A stretch of DNA of 64,000 nt from Bdellovibrionales bacterium (GCA_964230645.1 CAXRHT010000003.1:224001-288000), one strand, 5' to 3'; positions 39,174-48,847 are shown, numbered from the stretch's first letter. Notes: generated from the letters alone by a model not told the origin. Made by a program: numbers and translations.

Positions 39174-39203
39174 AAAAAAAAACCCCGACTCTTGCCGGGG
39201 CTT
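39174..39203 (-). terminator. Intrinsic terminator of the basic-protein gene
   Basis: Minus strand CCCCG-GCAAGAGT-CGGGG followed by T9. Confidence 0.8.
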
Positions 39204-39226
39204 CGTAACCGTAAACTCGATTCAGA

Positions 39227-39553
39227 TTACTTCTTCTTACGAGTTGTCTTCTTTCTAGTCGACTTCTTTTTAGTCTTTCTCTTAGCTTTTTTGCGAGTAG
39301 ACTTCTTTTTAGTCGCTTTTTTCTTCTTTTTACGAGTCGACTTCTTTTTAGTCGCCTTCTTCTTCTTCTTACGAGTCGCTTTCTTTTTAGTCTTGCGAGT
39401 CGCTTTCTTCTTCTTCTTACGAGTCGCTTTCTTTTTAGAAGCTTTCTTCTTAGTTGTTTTCTTTTTCGTCTTACGACGAGTTGCTTTCTTCTTACGAGTC
39501 GTTTTTTTCTTACGAGTCGTCTTCTTCTTAGTAGAACGTTTTTTTCTTGCCAT
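39227..39553 (-). CDS. Extremely basic histone H1/protamine-like protein
   Basis: 108 aa made only of M/A/R/K/S/T (72 K+R); GAGGAGG RBS and its own terminator. Confidence 0.85.
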   Translation of the reverse strand: MARKKRSTKKKTTRKKKTTRKKKATRRKTKKKTTKKKASKKKATRKKKKKATRKTKKKATRKKKKKATKKKSTRKKKKKATKKKSTRKKAKRKTKKKSTRKKTTRKKK

Positions 39554-39603
39554 TATGCCTCCTCAAAAACGATGAGTTCTTTGTTGTTTAAACTTCTGGT
39601 TTC

Positions 39604-39649
39604 AGTTTACCCACGTGACTATATTCGTCAATAGAAAATTAAATCTTTA
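39604..39649 (-). promoter_or_regulatory. Candidate promoters of the basic-protein gene
   Basis: TTGACG-N16-TAAACT (sigma70-like) overlapping TAAA-N16-GACGAATA (sigma28-like). Confidence 0.4.
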
Positions 39650-39674
39650 GCACTTTTTTTGCTTAGTCTTTTTA

Positions 39675-40442
39675 ATGATGATCAAGAATATTTTAATTTC
39701 ACTTTGTATTTTTATGTCCGTTTTTGTGTTCGTTTACCGAATATATCTCTACTATTACAAACAACATTTTTTCTCTCTGAAATTCATGACAAAAATTGGC
39801 ACTTTTCATTTTATTTTTTTAGTGAGTCTCTATTTTTATTTCTTCAAACAAACTTTTTTCATCTGGATTTTTAGTTTTACCTCAATATTGTTTCTACCAA
39901 TCTTGTTTTTTGTTTTTTTGAAAATCCATCAACTACAGTTCTACAGCGAGTTTGTTAGATTTCTCTCTCTGGTCATCCTCTCTATGCAACAAGGTTCGGG
40001 GTTCATGTCGTCTATGCAGGGGGTACTGAGGTCCGGAAACTGGAAGCAAAGACGAATATTTCTGCGAATCATTGAAAATGTTGCTTTTTCACAACAAGAG
40101 CCGGTTGGTTTTTCTGGACCTTTTAGTCGTTTTATCGATGAAATTAACCAGGAGTTTCTCCAGGTGAAAAACAACCAACATCAGGGAATTGATAGGCTGT
40201 GTAATTTTCGAAAAAATTTAAGGGATCGTCTTATTTTTCGACAAAAGTCGGGACAGATTTGGCGTTTTTTTTCGTTTCAACTTGGGATTTTAAGCTTCAT
40301 TTATGTAGGAATTTTTATATTTGTGGTGCGTGAATACGGTTTTTCAAGCTTTAAAAAGCAATTTTTTCTATCCTTCTTGTTCTATTTTCTCGGTGTTTTG
40401 TGTGTTGTGTTCTTAGCGCGAGGTAAAAAATGGTCCATATAG
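39675..40442 (+). CDS. Divergent TadB-like (T2SSF-like) membrane protein
   Basis: N-terminal TMs, EFVRFLSLVILSMQQGSGF segment and two C-terminal TMs; very T-rich. Confidence 0.5.
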   Translation: MMIKNILISLCIFMSVFVFVYRIYLYYYKQHFFSLKFMTKIGTFHFIFLVSLYFYFFKQTFFIWIFSFTSILFLPILFFVFLKIHQLQFYSEFVRFLSLVILSMQQGSGFMSSMQGVLRSGNWKQRRIFLRIIENVAFSQQEPVGFSGPFSRFIDEINQEFLQVKNNQHQGIDRLCNFRKNLRDRLIFRQKSGQIWRFFSFQLGILSFIYVGIFIFVVREYGFSSFKKQFFLSFLFYFLGVLCVVFLARGKKWSI

Positions 40443-40855
40443 TTCCATCCATTTCCTTTATTAAGCAATTCAAGTCCCAAATTAAAAGTGGCTTGTCCGT
40501 ATCCGGATCTTTAAAGCGGACACTTGCAATGGAAGAAACCCATTTTTCAAAAAAGGTTCAGCTCTGGTGGAGTGCTTACCGCAATGGAAGTTCGAGTCGT
40601 TACTCCTTTAGTAGTCATTACGAGAAAGCTTTCATAGAGGCCCTAGAACAGGGTTTACAAGGAGCCCCTATTTTAAAGGCTGTTGAAAATATTGAGGATG
40701 AAATGTTGCAGGAATTTGAAATTCAGTGGAAGTCCTACCTGGAATCACTTCCAACGAAGTTAAGTATTCCTCTACTTTTCCTATTTTTTCCCTCTTACGT
40801 CATATTAATTTTTGGTCCTTTAATTGTGACCTTCTTACAAGGAGTTAGTTCATGA
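40430..40855 (+). CDS. Short TadC-like (T2SSF-like) protein
   Basis: IKSGLSV...GAPILKAV...KLSIPLLFLFFPSYVILIFGP resembles the TadC C-terminal half. Confidence 0.6.
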   Translation: MVHIVPSISFIKQFKSQIKSGLSVSGSLKRTLAMEETHFSKKVQLWWSAYRNGSSSRYSFSSHYEKAFIEALEQGLQGAPILKAVENIEDEMLQEFEIQWKSYLESLPTKLSIPLLFLFFPSYVILIFGPLIVTFLQGVSS

Positions 40856-41316
40856 GTGTATTGTTACTATTGATAGGTGCTGTCTTTTCGCAAGCCCTTT
40901 CCCCCAACCAAGCTCTTTATATGAGCTCAAACTTAGAGTCGTTCATGGAGGCGCGGAGTGAATGGGCCGAAATTGTTCGTATGAAGGAAGGTTGCCAGTG
41001 GGAAATGGATCAAGAGCAATTCCCCTTTCGTTGCCTCAAATATCTGCAGTGGCAACTAGGAGTTCCTCAGAAATTAGAAAACCTGCGAAGCTTACGGCAA
41101 AGAATAAACCAAAGTTGTATAAAAACGGTGAATCAAGTGACGTCAATGGATCCACTGATCAATGAGGACCTTCAAACATTAGTGGGATCAAAGTGCCACA
41201 AAGCCATTAAGGCCCGTGAGCTCGATTTGAAGTATATCCAGCAATCTCTCGCTGGCTCGGATCTTGAAATACATAATTCCCATGGAAGAGATACAAGCAA
41301 AGAAACCCATTTATAA
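40852..41316 (+). CDS. Hypothetical exported protein (4 Cys)
   Basis: Short signal peptide; ATGA overlap with the upstream gene. Confidence 0.6.
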   Translation: MSVLLLLIGAVFSQALSPNQALYMSSNLESFMEARSEWAEIVRMKEGCQWEMDQEQFPFRCLKYLQWQLGVPQKLENLRSLRQRINQSCIKTVNQVTSMDPLINEDLQTLVGSKCHKAIKARELDLKYIQQSLAGSDLEIHNSHGRDTSKETHL

Positions 41317-42298
41317 AATCGAAAAACTATTAGGTAGCGGAGTAACTAGTCAGGTTTACAAGGCTTTTAGAGAAGATGACAAAGGGTGGTCCCGGCAAGG
41401 GGTCGCTTTAAAAGTTATTCATTCCGAGAATCAAGTCCAAGTTCTTAAAAAAGAGTTTGATTCACTCATTAATATTCATTCAAAACACTGTGTAAAAATG
41501 CTGGCATGGGAAAACTTAGAGCGAGGGCCGGCATTGGTTTTGGAATATATAGATGGCATCACACTTCTTCAGCTCATAAAAAATTCACCAGTAGAGCGGG
41601 AACTCGTAGAAGAAATTATGAGCCAATGCCAATTGGGACTTGAAACCCTCCATGGTGAGGGCGTCTTCCACGGAGATCTCAATCTGAAAAACATCATGAT
41701 TGATTCAAGTGGGATTGTGAAGCTCATCGATTTTGGTTTTCAAGGAAGTGGCGATCAATATTTGACTCCAAAATTTTCCAGTAAAGAGAGACTAGAGGGG
41801 CGCCCTCCCACAAAAGAGAGTGACCTTTATTCCTGGGAGGCTATATATAGGTATCTCTTGGAATACAATTTCCCGACAGATACTAAAGCTTTTTCCACAA
41901 GTCTTTCTCGTGCCTCAAGAAGGCGGAAACTTTCTGAGCTAGTAAAAAAATCGATGACTCAGAAAAAAATGGAGACTTTATGTGTTTCATCTACTCAGGC
42001 AAAATCAAAACAGTGGGGGAGTTGGGTGGCCTCCATTCTTGTCTTCTTCACCCTACTGGTGCAGCCAGCTCTGAGTCAGAACAATCCTCAGTATCATGCT
42101 TTAGAATTACGATCAGCGAAATGGTTTGAAATCACGATAAACGATCTTCCCAGCCAATACGGTCCCATTGAAAAAAAATGGCTAAGGCAAGGGGACTATC
42201 AAATCGTCATTAAAAATAGCAAAGAGACAATACGCGAAAACTTGGCTTTTCCACAGGCTTGGCGGTTGTGGAAAGCAAATAAGAAAAGCCTTTTCTAA
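41282..42298 (+). CDS. Hanks-type Ser/Thr protein kinase with C-terminal TM and small extracellular domain
   Basis: LGSGVTSQVY, VALK, HGDLNLKN, DFG, SDLYS; ORF 41264..42298. Confidence 0.85.
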   Translation: MEEIQAKKPIYKIEKLLGSGVTSQVYKAFREDDKGWSRQGVALKVIHSENQVQVLKKEFDSLINIHSKHCVKMLAWENLERGPALVLEYIDGITLLQLIKNSPVERELVEEIMSQCQLGLETLHGEGVFHGDLNLKNIMIDSSGIVKLIDFGFQGSGDQYLTPKFSSKERLEGRPPTKESDLYSWEAIYRYLLEYNFPTDTKAFSTSLSRASRRRKLSELVKKSMTQKKMETLCVSSTQAKSKQWGSWVASILVFFTLLVQPALSQNNPQYHALELRSAKWFEITINDLPSQYGPIEKKWLRQGDYQIVIKNSKETIRENLAFPQAWRLWKANKKSLF

Positions 42299-42400
42299 AA
42301 GAGTTCATTCTTTTGAACAAGAAGACCTTCAATTCTTTGACCCGCATTGAATTGAAAAGCCTTCTTGTTAACAAATATCTTTATGAGATAGGCTCATGTT

Positions 42401-43210
42401 ATGGCCGAAATTATTTCACTTATTCTTTTAGGAATTATTCAAGGGATCACAGAATTTCTTCCTGTCTCAAGCTCAGGACATTTGAGCCTGTTTCAATATT
42501 TTTCAAAAGATCTTGATGAAGATTTGTCTCTCAATATTGCCGTACATGTAGGCACCCTTTTCACAATTATCATTTACTATAGAAAAGACCTCATGGATCT
42601 ATTGATGGGTGTATTAAAGGCAAGAAAAGAAGCTCTCAATATGACTTTCCTTATAGTTGTAGCCTCGGTTCCAACAGCTATTATGGGTCTATTAATGAAA
42701 AAAAAAATAGGCTGGATCCTCACTCACCCCTTGGTCGCGGCTTTGTGTTTACTTGTGACCGCTCTTATTTTATTTGTTTCCAATAGAGTTTCTTCTGAGA
42801 AAAAGCCTCCGGAAGAAGGATTTGGAATCTCGTGGTCTCAAGCTCTTCTCATTGGCCTTGTGCAAGGTTTTGCTGTGTTACCGGGAATCAGTCGGTCTGG
42901 GTCAACGATTGTGACCGGACTTTTCCTTAAAATGGACCCCCATAATGCCGCTCGATTTAGCTTTCTTATTTCATTACCAGCCATTGCTGGAGCGGGGCTG
43001 TTGGAGTTTTTGGATCTTGAGTCAGGGATCAATGGAACCCGCCTTGTTCTAGGGGCGGTGGTTTCCTTTCTTACAGGACTGCTTGCTATTTCTTGGATGG
43101 TTAAGTTGACCTTAGGGGGGCGGCTTAAAGGATTTAGCCTTTATCTCTGCCTCCTTTCTTTGGCCTTTTTGGTCTGCTACACCCTTGGGTGGGGCGAAAA
43201 CATAATATAA
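42401..43210 (+). CDS. uppP: Undecaprenyl-diphosphate phosphatase
   Basis: QGITEFLPVSSSGH, PGISRSG. Confidence 0.95.
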   Translation: MAEIISLILLGIIQGITEFLPVSSSGHLSLFQYFSKDLDEDLSLNIAVHVGTLFTIIIYYRKDLMDLLMGVLKARKEALNMTFLIVVASVPTAIMGLLMKKKIGWILTHPLVAALCLLVTALILFVSNRVSSEKKPPEEGFGISWSQALLIGLVQGFAVLPGISRSGSTIVTGLFLKMDPHNAARFSFLISLPAIAGAGLLEFLDLESGINGTRLVLGAVVSFLTGLLAISWMVKLTLGGRLKGFSLYLCLLSLAFLVCYTLGWGENII

Positions 43211-43355
43211 GGACAAACTGAGCGCCTCCTTGCTGAATTCCCTGCCACTGACGCCGGTGGCCAAGAGTGAGTCTGTTTGATTGTTTTTGAGCCATTCTCT
43301 ATAAATCACACTCTCATAGTTGGTAATTCTTGAAGTCCTCTAGCCGGAGTTTTGA

Positions 43356-43580
43356 GTGGTGAGTAGTAACGATAAAAGCGAGATGATCAAAGACTTCGAA
43401 ACCCTTGTCGATGAACTGACAAAAGAGGAGCCCAACGAGCACCAAGTGAAGATGTTAATGGAAAAGCTTCAAATGAATTACGACACGGATTCCATTAACA
43501 GAATAGGCAAAGTTTTAAAGAAAATGGACGAAGTTATCTTTGAGTCTAACAAGAAAAGGGGTTCCTATGATTTACAATAA
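43356..43580 (+). CDS. Small hypothetical protein
   Basis: 74-aa ORF with GGAG RBS, overlapping the CBS start. Confidence 0.5.
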   Translation: MVSSNDKSEMIKDFETLVDELTKEEPNEHQVKMLMEKLQMNYDTDSINRIGKVLKKMDEVIFESNKKRGSYDLQ

Positions 43581-44946
43581 TATTCTTGATACGGTGGGAA
43601 ACACTCCCATTGTGGAATTGTCGAAAATAGTTCCAAAAGGATCGCCCCATAAGTTTTGGGCCAAGCTTGAGTATTTCAATCCTGGACTGAGTGTAAAAGA
43701 CCGTATCGCTTTAGCACTTGTGGAAGGAGCTGAGAAGCGTGGTGAAATTAAGCCTGGGGGAACAATCATTGAAGCCACTTCAGGTAACACAGGAATGGGA
43801 CTGGCCCTTGTCTGCGCCGTCAAAGGTTATAAAGCTATTTTCGTGATGCCCGATAAAATCAGTGAAGAAAAAAGAGCCGCTCTGAGAGCCTACGGTGCGA
43901 AGGTTGTAATCACTCCTACGGCTGTTGAACCCGAAGACCCTCGTAGTTATTTGTCGGTGTCAAAAAAATTAGCCGAAATCACTCCCAATTGTTTTTTAAC
44001 AAACCAATATCACAATCCCGATAACCCCAAAGTGCATTACGAGAAAACAGGTCCAGAAGTTTGGGAACAGACAGAAGGCAAAGTCGATGTTTTCGTTGCA
44101 GGGGCTGGAACCGGTGGAACAGTTTCTGGTGTGGGGAAGTATTTAAAAGAAAAGAAACCAGGGGTGAAAATCCTCTGTCCCGATCCTGTTGGAAGTATTT
44201 TGTACGACCTCTTTTATCATAAAGAGGTTAAGTCTGAGCCCCAGCCTTATAAAGTTGAGGGGGTCGGAGAAGACATGCTTCCAGACAACGTACATATGGA
44301 TTGCATTGATGATTTTGTGCAAGTCTCTGACCAGGAGGCCTTCCAGATGACTAGAGATCTTGTGACCAAAGAGGGAATCTGTGTCGGACCATCAGCCGCC
44401 ATGGCTCTTCAGGGAGCTTTCAAGTACGCTGAAAAATTTGATAAGCCGATGAACTTTGTGATCATGATGGCTGACAGTGGAAGAGCGTACCTCAGTAAAG
44501 CTTTTAATGATGATTGGTTGCGTGACAATGATTTCCTTCCCTCACCTATGAAGTTCACGACAGTTCAAGACCTCCTTAAAACAAGGAAAAAAGAGGTTCC
44601 TGTTATTTCCGCTAATGTGGATCAAAACGTTTTAGACGTTGTGAATATGCTAAAAGAAAATAGCATTTCTCAAGTTCCGGTTTTTTCCGATCAAAAATTA
44701 GTGGGTGTTCTTGATGAATCAGATCTTATTTTACCTCTAGCAACAGGTAAGCTAAAACCAACAGAGCCTATCATCCATTTGATCAAAGGTTCTATTGTAT
44801 GGGTGGATATGACCGACGACCTAGAGAGTCTATCAAATCATTTACAGAAAGGATTTGTGGCTCTGGTCAAAGATTCCAAGGAAAACTTGCACATTCTAAC
44901 GAAAATCGATTTGCTCGAGTATATGAGCGAAAATCTAAATATGTAA
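43567..44946 (+). CDS. Cystathionine beta-synthase with C-terminal CBS domain
   Basis: KLEYFNPGLSVKDR, EATSGNTG, GAGTGGT, YLSK and a CBS-domain tail; adjacent to cystathionine gamma-lyase. Confidence 0.9.
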   Translation: MIYNNILDTVGNTPIVELSKIVPKGSPHKFWAKLEYFNPGLSVKDRIALALVEGAEKRGEIKPGGTIIEATSGNTGMGLALVCAVKGYKAIFVMPDKISEEKRAALRAYGAKVVITPTAVEPEDPRSYLSVSKKLAEITPNCFLTNQYHNPDNPKVHYEKTGPEVWEQTEGKVDVFVAGAGTGGTVSGVGKYLKEKKPGVKILCPDPVGSILYDLFYHKEVKSEPQPYKVEGVGEDMLPDNVHMDCIDDFVQVSDQEAFQMTRDLVTKEGICVGPSAAMALQGAFKYAEKFDKPMNFVIMMADSGRAYLSKAFNDDWLRDNDFLPSPMKFTTVQDLLKTRKKEVPVISANVDQNVLDVVNMLKENSISQVPVFSDQKLVGVLDESDLILPLATGKLKPTEPIIHLIKGSIVWVDMTDDLESLSNHLQKGFVALVKDSKENLHILTKIDLLEYMSENLNM

Positions 44947-44961
44947 AAAGGACGGATAATT

Positions 44962-46113
44962 ATGGATTATAGCAAAATGGGTTTTGCAACCCGCGCGATT
45001 CACTCAGGACAAGCTCCGGACCCGACCACTGGGGCCATCATGACACCCCTTTATCTTTCCTCAACATTCGTGCAGTCCTCACCGGGAGAGCACAAGGGTT
45101 ATGAGTACTCAAGAACTTCTAATCCTACACGCAAAGCTTATGAGGACTGTCTTGCGAGTTTAGAATCTGGAGAGTTTGGTTTTGGTTTTGCCTCAGGCTG
45201 TGCTGCATCTACAACGATCATGCATCTTCTCAAAGAAGGAGACCATGTTGTCGCCTCCGATGATCTCTATGGAGGGTCTTTCCGTCTTTTTGATAAAGTG
45301 ATTAAAAATAACGGAATTGATTTTTCATTTGTTGATCTTTCTGATCCTAAAAACTTTAGCGAAGCGATCACAGACAAAACGAAAATGATCTGGATTGAAA
45401 CTCCCACAAATCCAATGCTTAAGCTTGTGGATATTAAAAAGTGTGCTGAGATCGCTAAGTCAAAAAACATTACCACTGTTGTTGATAACACTTTCATGAG
45501 TCCTTATTTCCAGAAGCCATTGGAATTAGGAGCCGATATTGTCGTTCACTCGACCACGAAGTTCATTAACGGACACAGTGATATCGTGGGCGGGGCAGTC
45601 GTTGTTAACGATCCAGGGATTGCAGAAAAGCTAGCCTTTCTCAGTAACTCCATGGGGGCAATTTGCTCTCCCTTTGATGCCTTCATGTGTATGAGGAGTC
45701 TGAAAACTTTGCCTGTGAGAATGGAAGCTCACCAAAAGAATGCACTTAAGATAGTGGATCTTTTGGTGAATCACTCAGAGGTTGAAAAGGTGATCTATCC
45801 CGGTCATGAAAGCCATCCTCAACATTCTCTTGCAAAAGAGCAAATGAGTGGTTTTGGCGGCATGATTACTTTCTATTTAAAAGGGGGGCTGCCTGCAGCC
45901 CGTAATATGCTTGAAAAAGTGAAAGTCTTCTCATTGGCGGAGAGCCTTGGGGGAGTTGAGTCATTAATTGAGCATCCCGCCATTATGACCCATGCCAGCG
46001 TTCCTGCGGAAATGCGCAAGGAATTGGGCATTGACGACGGTCTCGTGCGTTTAAGCGTGGGAATTGAAGATATTCAGGATCTTTTAGGCGATTTAGAGCA
46101 AGCTCTCGGTTGA
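44962..46113 (+). CDS. Cystathionine gamma-lyase/synthase (Cys/Met metabolism PLP family)
   Basis: YEYSRTSNPT, ETPTNP, HSTTKFINGHSD, AESLGGVESL. Confidence 0.95.
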   Translation: MDYSKMGFATRAIHSGQAPDPTTGAIMTPLYLSSTFVQSSPGEHKGYEYSRTSNPTRKAYEDCLASLESGEFGFGFASGCAASTTIMHLLKEGDHVVASDDLYGGSFRLFDKVIKNNGIDFSFVDLSDPKNFSEAITDKTKMIWIETPTNPMLKLVDIKKCAEIAKSKNITTVVDNTFMSPYFQKPLELGADIVVHSTTKFINGHSDIVGGAVVVNDPGIAEKLAFLSNSMGAICSPFDAFMCMRSLKTLPVRMEAHQKNALKIVDLLVNHSEVEKVIYPGHESHPQHSLAKEQMSGFGGMITFYLKGGLPAARNMLEKVKVFSLAESLGGVESLIEHPAIMTHASVPAEMRKELGIDDGLVRLSVGIEDIQDLLGDLEQALG

Positions 46114-46158
46114 CAAAAATCCCTGAATTCAGTAGCTATTGATTTCTTTTTATGAGCT

Positions 46159-46234
<76 letters not shown>

Positions 46235-46278
46235 TTTTAATTCAAGGTGTGTTCACACCTCAATCTGGGGGGATTGAT

Positions 46279-46584
46279 ATGAAAAAAATAATTTTCGCTA
46301 TAATTGCATCATCTCTTTTTTCTTTTTCTGCGCAAGCGGCTGATGTTGTATGTTCCTGTACCCAAGAAGAGAAATGCTCTGATGTGACCATCAGTATTTT
46401 AGAAATGAGCCCTGGTGTTTATTTAGACATCGAGTACGCGTGGGGCGAGCGAAACATTGAAGGTTTCGCAACGGTTATCAACAACTCGAAAACGGCCGAG
46501 ACAATTTATCGTCTGGGTAATTTCACTCTTGTTGAAAAAGATGACAAGTTCACACTTCCGGGTCGTCCCGCTAAGTGTAGCTAA
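46279..46584 (+). CDS. Small exported hypothetical protein
   Basis: MKK signal peptide ending AQA-A; 4 Cys. Confidence 0.7.
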   Translation: MKKIIFAIIASSLFSFSAQAADVVCSCTQEEKCSDVTISILEMSPGVYLDIEYAWGERNIEGFATVINNSKTAETIYRLGNFTLVEKDDKFTLPGRPAKCS

Positions 46585-46606
46585 TTTTTTTTCCGCATTT
46601 AAATAG

Positions 46607-46640
46607 AAAAAGCCGATGTTCTCTCATCGGCTTTTTTTTT
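46607..46640. terminator. Bidirectional intrinsic terminator
   Basis: AAAAAGCCGATG-TTCTCT-CATCGGCTTTTTTTTT between convergent genes. Confidence 0.88.
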
Positions 46641-46685
46641 GAATAGTATTGTAGTTTCCAGTGCCTTTAATTTTTCATAAAAGTT

Positions 46686-47501
46686 TTACTGTGCTGCTAG
46701 AATTTGAGGGTCGCTAAAAACTTGATTGGCCACCCACTCATAGACATAGCTGGCGTCTCCATAGACTCCTGAAAGATTTTCGCCAGCACAACCTAGCCCC
46801 CAACTAACCACTCCAAGAAGTACAGGGCGCCCTCTGGCCTCGTCTTGATAGTAAATAGGGCCACCACTGTCTCCCTGACAAGCATCCATCTCACCTTGTT
46901 CGTAGCCCGCACAGAACATGGAATCATCAAGGTAGCCTTCTTCCTCCGGGCGAGCCGCTTGCAATTGATCTTCACAATAATCCTGGTCCACAAGCGGCAC
47001 ATTCACTTTTTGTAGAAGGTGATAGGTGGGGGAGCCTTCAAAGAGCGATCCCCAACCGGCCACTGTGAAGGACTCAGTGAGAACATCGCCAATAGGAATT
47101 TGGTTGATTTGAATGGGTTCGAAGTTAGAGTGTCCCGCAATTCTCACTAGGGCAAAATCATGGCTAAATCTTCTTTCCAACTCGTAGTCGGGATGGATGA
47201 CAACTTCCGCGATTTCAAACCTCTCGGCTCGGTCGGAGTCTTGTAGGTTTTCCGCTCCGATCATGACTGAATCAGGCTGCCCGAAAGGACTAAAGCAATG
47301 AGCCGCTGTAAGAATCCACTCGTCAGTCACAAGAGAGCCCCCGCAATGCTGCTGGCCTCTTCGCTGCAGTGAAACGATAAAGCTCATATCCTTGTGGAGG
47401 GCGTCTTCACCCCCGACAACTCGGATGGATATATCCTCGGCTTGTAAAGTTTGAAAGAAAAAGAATATTAATAATAGTGCCAAACCCCTGGCTCCCCTCA
47501 T
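46686..47501 (-). CDS. Secreted trypsin-like serine protease (S1A)
   Basis: R/VVGG activation site, LTAAHC, DFAL, DACQGDSGGP, VSWG. Confidence 0.95.
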   Translation of the reverse strand: MRGARGLALLLIFFFFQTLQAEDISIRVVGGEDALHKDMSFIVSLQRRGQQHCGGSLVTDEWILTAAHCFSPFGQPDSVMIGAENLQDSDRAERFEIAEVVIHPDYELERRFSHDFALVRIAGHSNFEPIQINQIPIGDVLTESFTVAGWGSLFEGSPTYHLLQKVNVPLVDQDYCEDQLQAARPEEEGYLDDSMFCAGYEQGEMDACQGDSGGPIYYQDEARGRPVLLGVVSWGLGCAGENLSGVYGDASYVYEWVANQVFSDPQILAAQ

Positions 47502-47732
47502 TTCGACCTCCTTGGCGAAAACAGGTGAAAATCATTTCTTAAAATCAGGGGAGCTGACAATTCGAAAAATTTTATTGTAGGTATAAAAAAATATTAGATT
47601 TTAGGAAAACCCAGTGATCAAAGTTCTTTAGGAATATCGGAACGAAGTCAGATCCTTACAGTCAGACTCAAATTGGAGCTCGGCGGAGTCACGTCGGCTT
47701 CAAGACAGCTCCCTCCTGCGTTTTAAGGCTAT

Positions 47733-48704
47733 CTATAATTTATCGATATGGCTCATAAAAATATAAAACGCCACAACCAGAACCAGAGCAAAAAGAGTCA
47801 CAAGATAGGTAGAGAGGCTGAACATCAGACAAAGGCTTGTTTTTACAACACGGTAATGACCTTTGGAGAAAACCTGGAAATATGAGTAGAGTAAATAAAA
47901 GAGGGCTGCAACCGATGAAGTCACAGCTGTTGTTGTCACCATTTGAGGAAGGAGCCAGTACAGGGGTGAGAAAACAATATAGATCAATAAGATATGGGCA
48001 TAGATATAGGCATTGATCGTGATGTGTTCGGCAAAGTTGTAGCCCTGGTTGTAAAAAAAGAGAAAACTAAAAAAAGCAAAGATGGGTATCCATAAAACGA
48101 CAAAAACTTTCAGATAATCGAAAAGAGTGCGGTGGTAGCGAGGGATGAGGTATTTTGCATACTGGATCATGTCGGATTTGGAGACTTTTTTATCCACCTT
48201 TGTATTAAGAAAATCGAATTTGAAGTGCATGTCTTTTTTCTCACCCGCACCGATGATGGCATCCGGATTTTCTTTGGCAATTTTTTCTGCGTTGGACTTT
48301 GTGGTGTAATGGAATTTGTCTTCCTTTTCTTGCACCACTTCAAAAGACTCAATCCCTCGGGTCATATTTTCAAACCAACTAAAATGATACTCCAAATAGG
48401 AGGCACAGACTGTGAAGACCACGATTAAAAAGAAACTGTATTTTCCTGCAGATAGGTAGCGTCTTCTTTTGCCAGAGATATAATTTTTCAGCATGACTCT
48501 AGGGTCTTGGCTCAAGTCGATCACAGTCTTCAGAAAACCTCTATCAGAATCAGAGATGGCGTCCAAAAAATCTTTGGTCACTGAAACAACGGTGAGCCTT
48601 TTTGTTTCACTTTTCTGCCCGCACTGAGGACAGTAGTGACCCGAAAAAGAGGTGTCGCAGTTAAGACAGTTAATCACTGGATTCACAAAGGGTCCTTTCG
48701 TCAA
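47733..48704 (-). CDS. DUF3667 membrane protein
   Basis: CLNC...YCPQCGQK zinc ribbon, YISGKRRRY, YNFAEH and multiple TMs. Confidence 0.85.
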   Translation of the reverse strand: MTKGPFVNPVINCLNCDTSFSGHYCPQCGQKSETKRLTVVSVTKDFLDAISDSDRGFLKTVIDLSQDPRVMLKNYISGKRRRYLSAGKYSFFLIVVFTVCASYLEYHFSWFENMTRGIESFEVVQEKEDKFHYTTKSNAEKIAKENPDAIIGAGEKKDMHFKFDFLNTKVDKKVSKSDMIQYAKYLIPRYHRTLFDYLKVFVVLWIPIFAFFSFLFFYNQGYNFAEHITINAYIYAHILLIYIVFSPLYWLLPQMVTTTAVTSSVAALFYLLYSYFQVFSKGHYRVVKTSLCLMFSLSTYLVTLFALVLVVAFYIFMSHIDKL

Positions 48705-48847
48705 TTCTCAGGGCTTACCCTGAAATTGGAGGGTCTGGCAGATTGGTTGAAAGAATTTCAGGACTCAAACACGAATCGGCCCGACAAAATGAACAAGTTG
48801 GAGATGAAGGGCTTTTCTTTCCTGTGATGCTGCGTTATATCGCTATC

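Noticed and set aside
39114..39575. 153-aa Phe/Leu/Val-rich ORF on the + strand
   Set aside because: Antisense shadow of the Lys-rich gene, which has the RBS and terminator
43211..43355. Possible SAM riboswitch or T-box upstream of the CBS/CGL genes
   Set aside because: No recognisable consensus elements or terminator; an Rfam scan would be needed
46110..46138. TTGACA box upstream of tRNA-Phe as a promoter
   Set aside because: The -35 is perfect but there is no convincing -10 at 16-18 bp, so it was not reported as a feature
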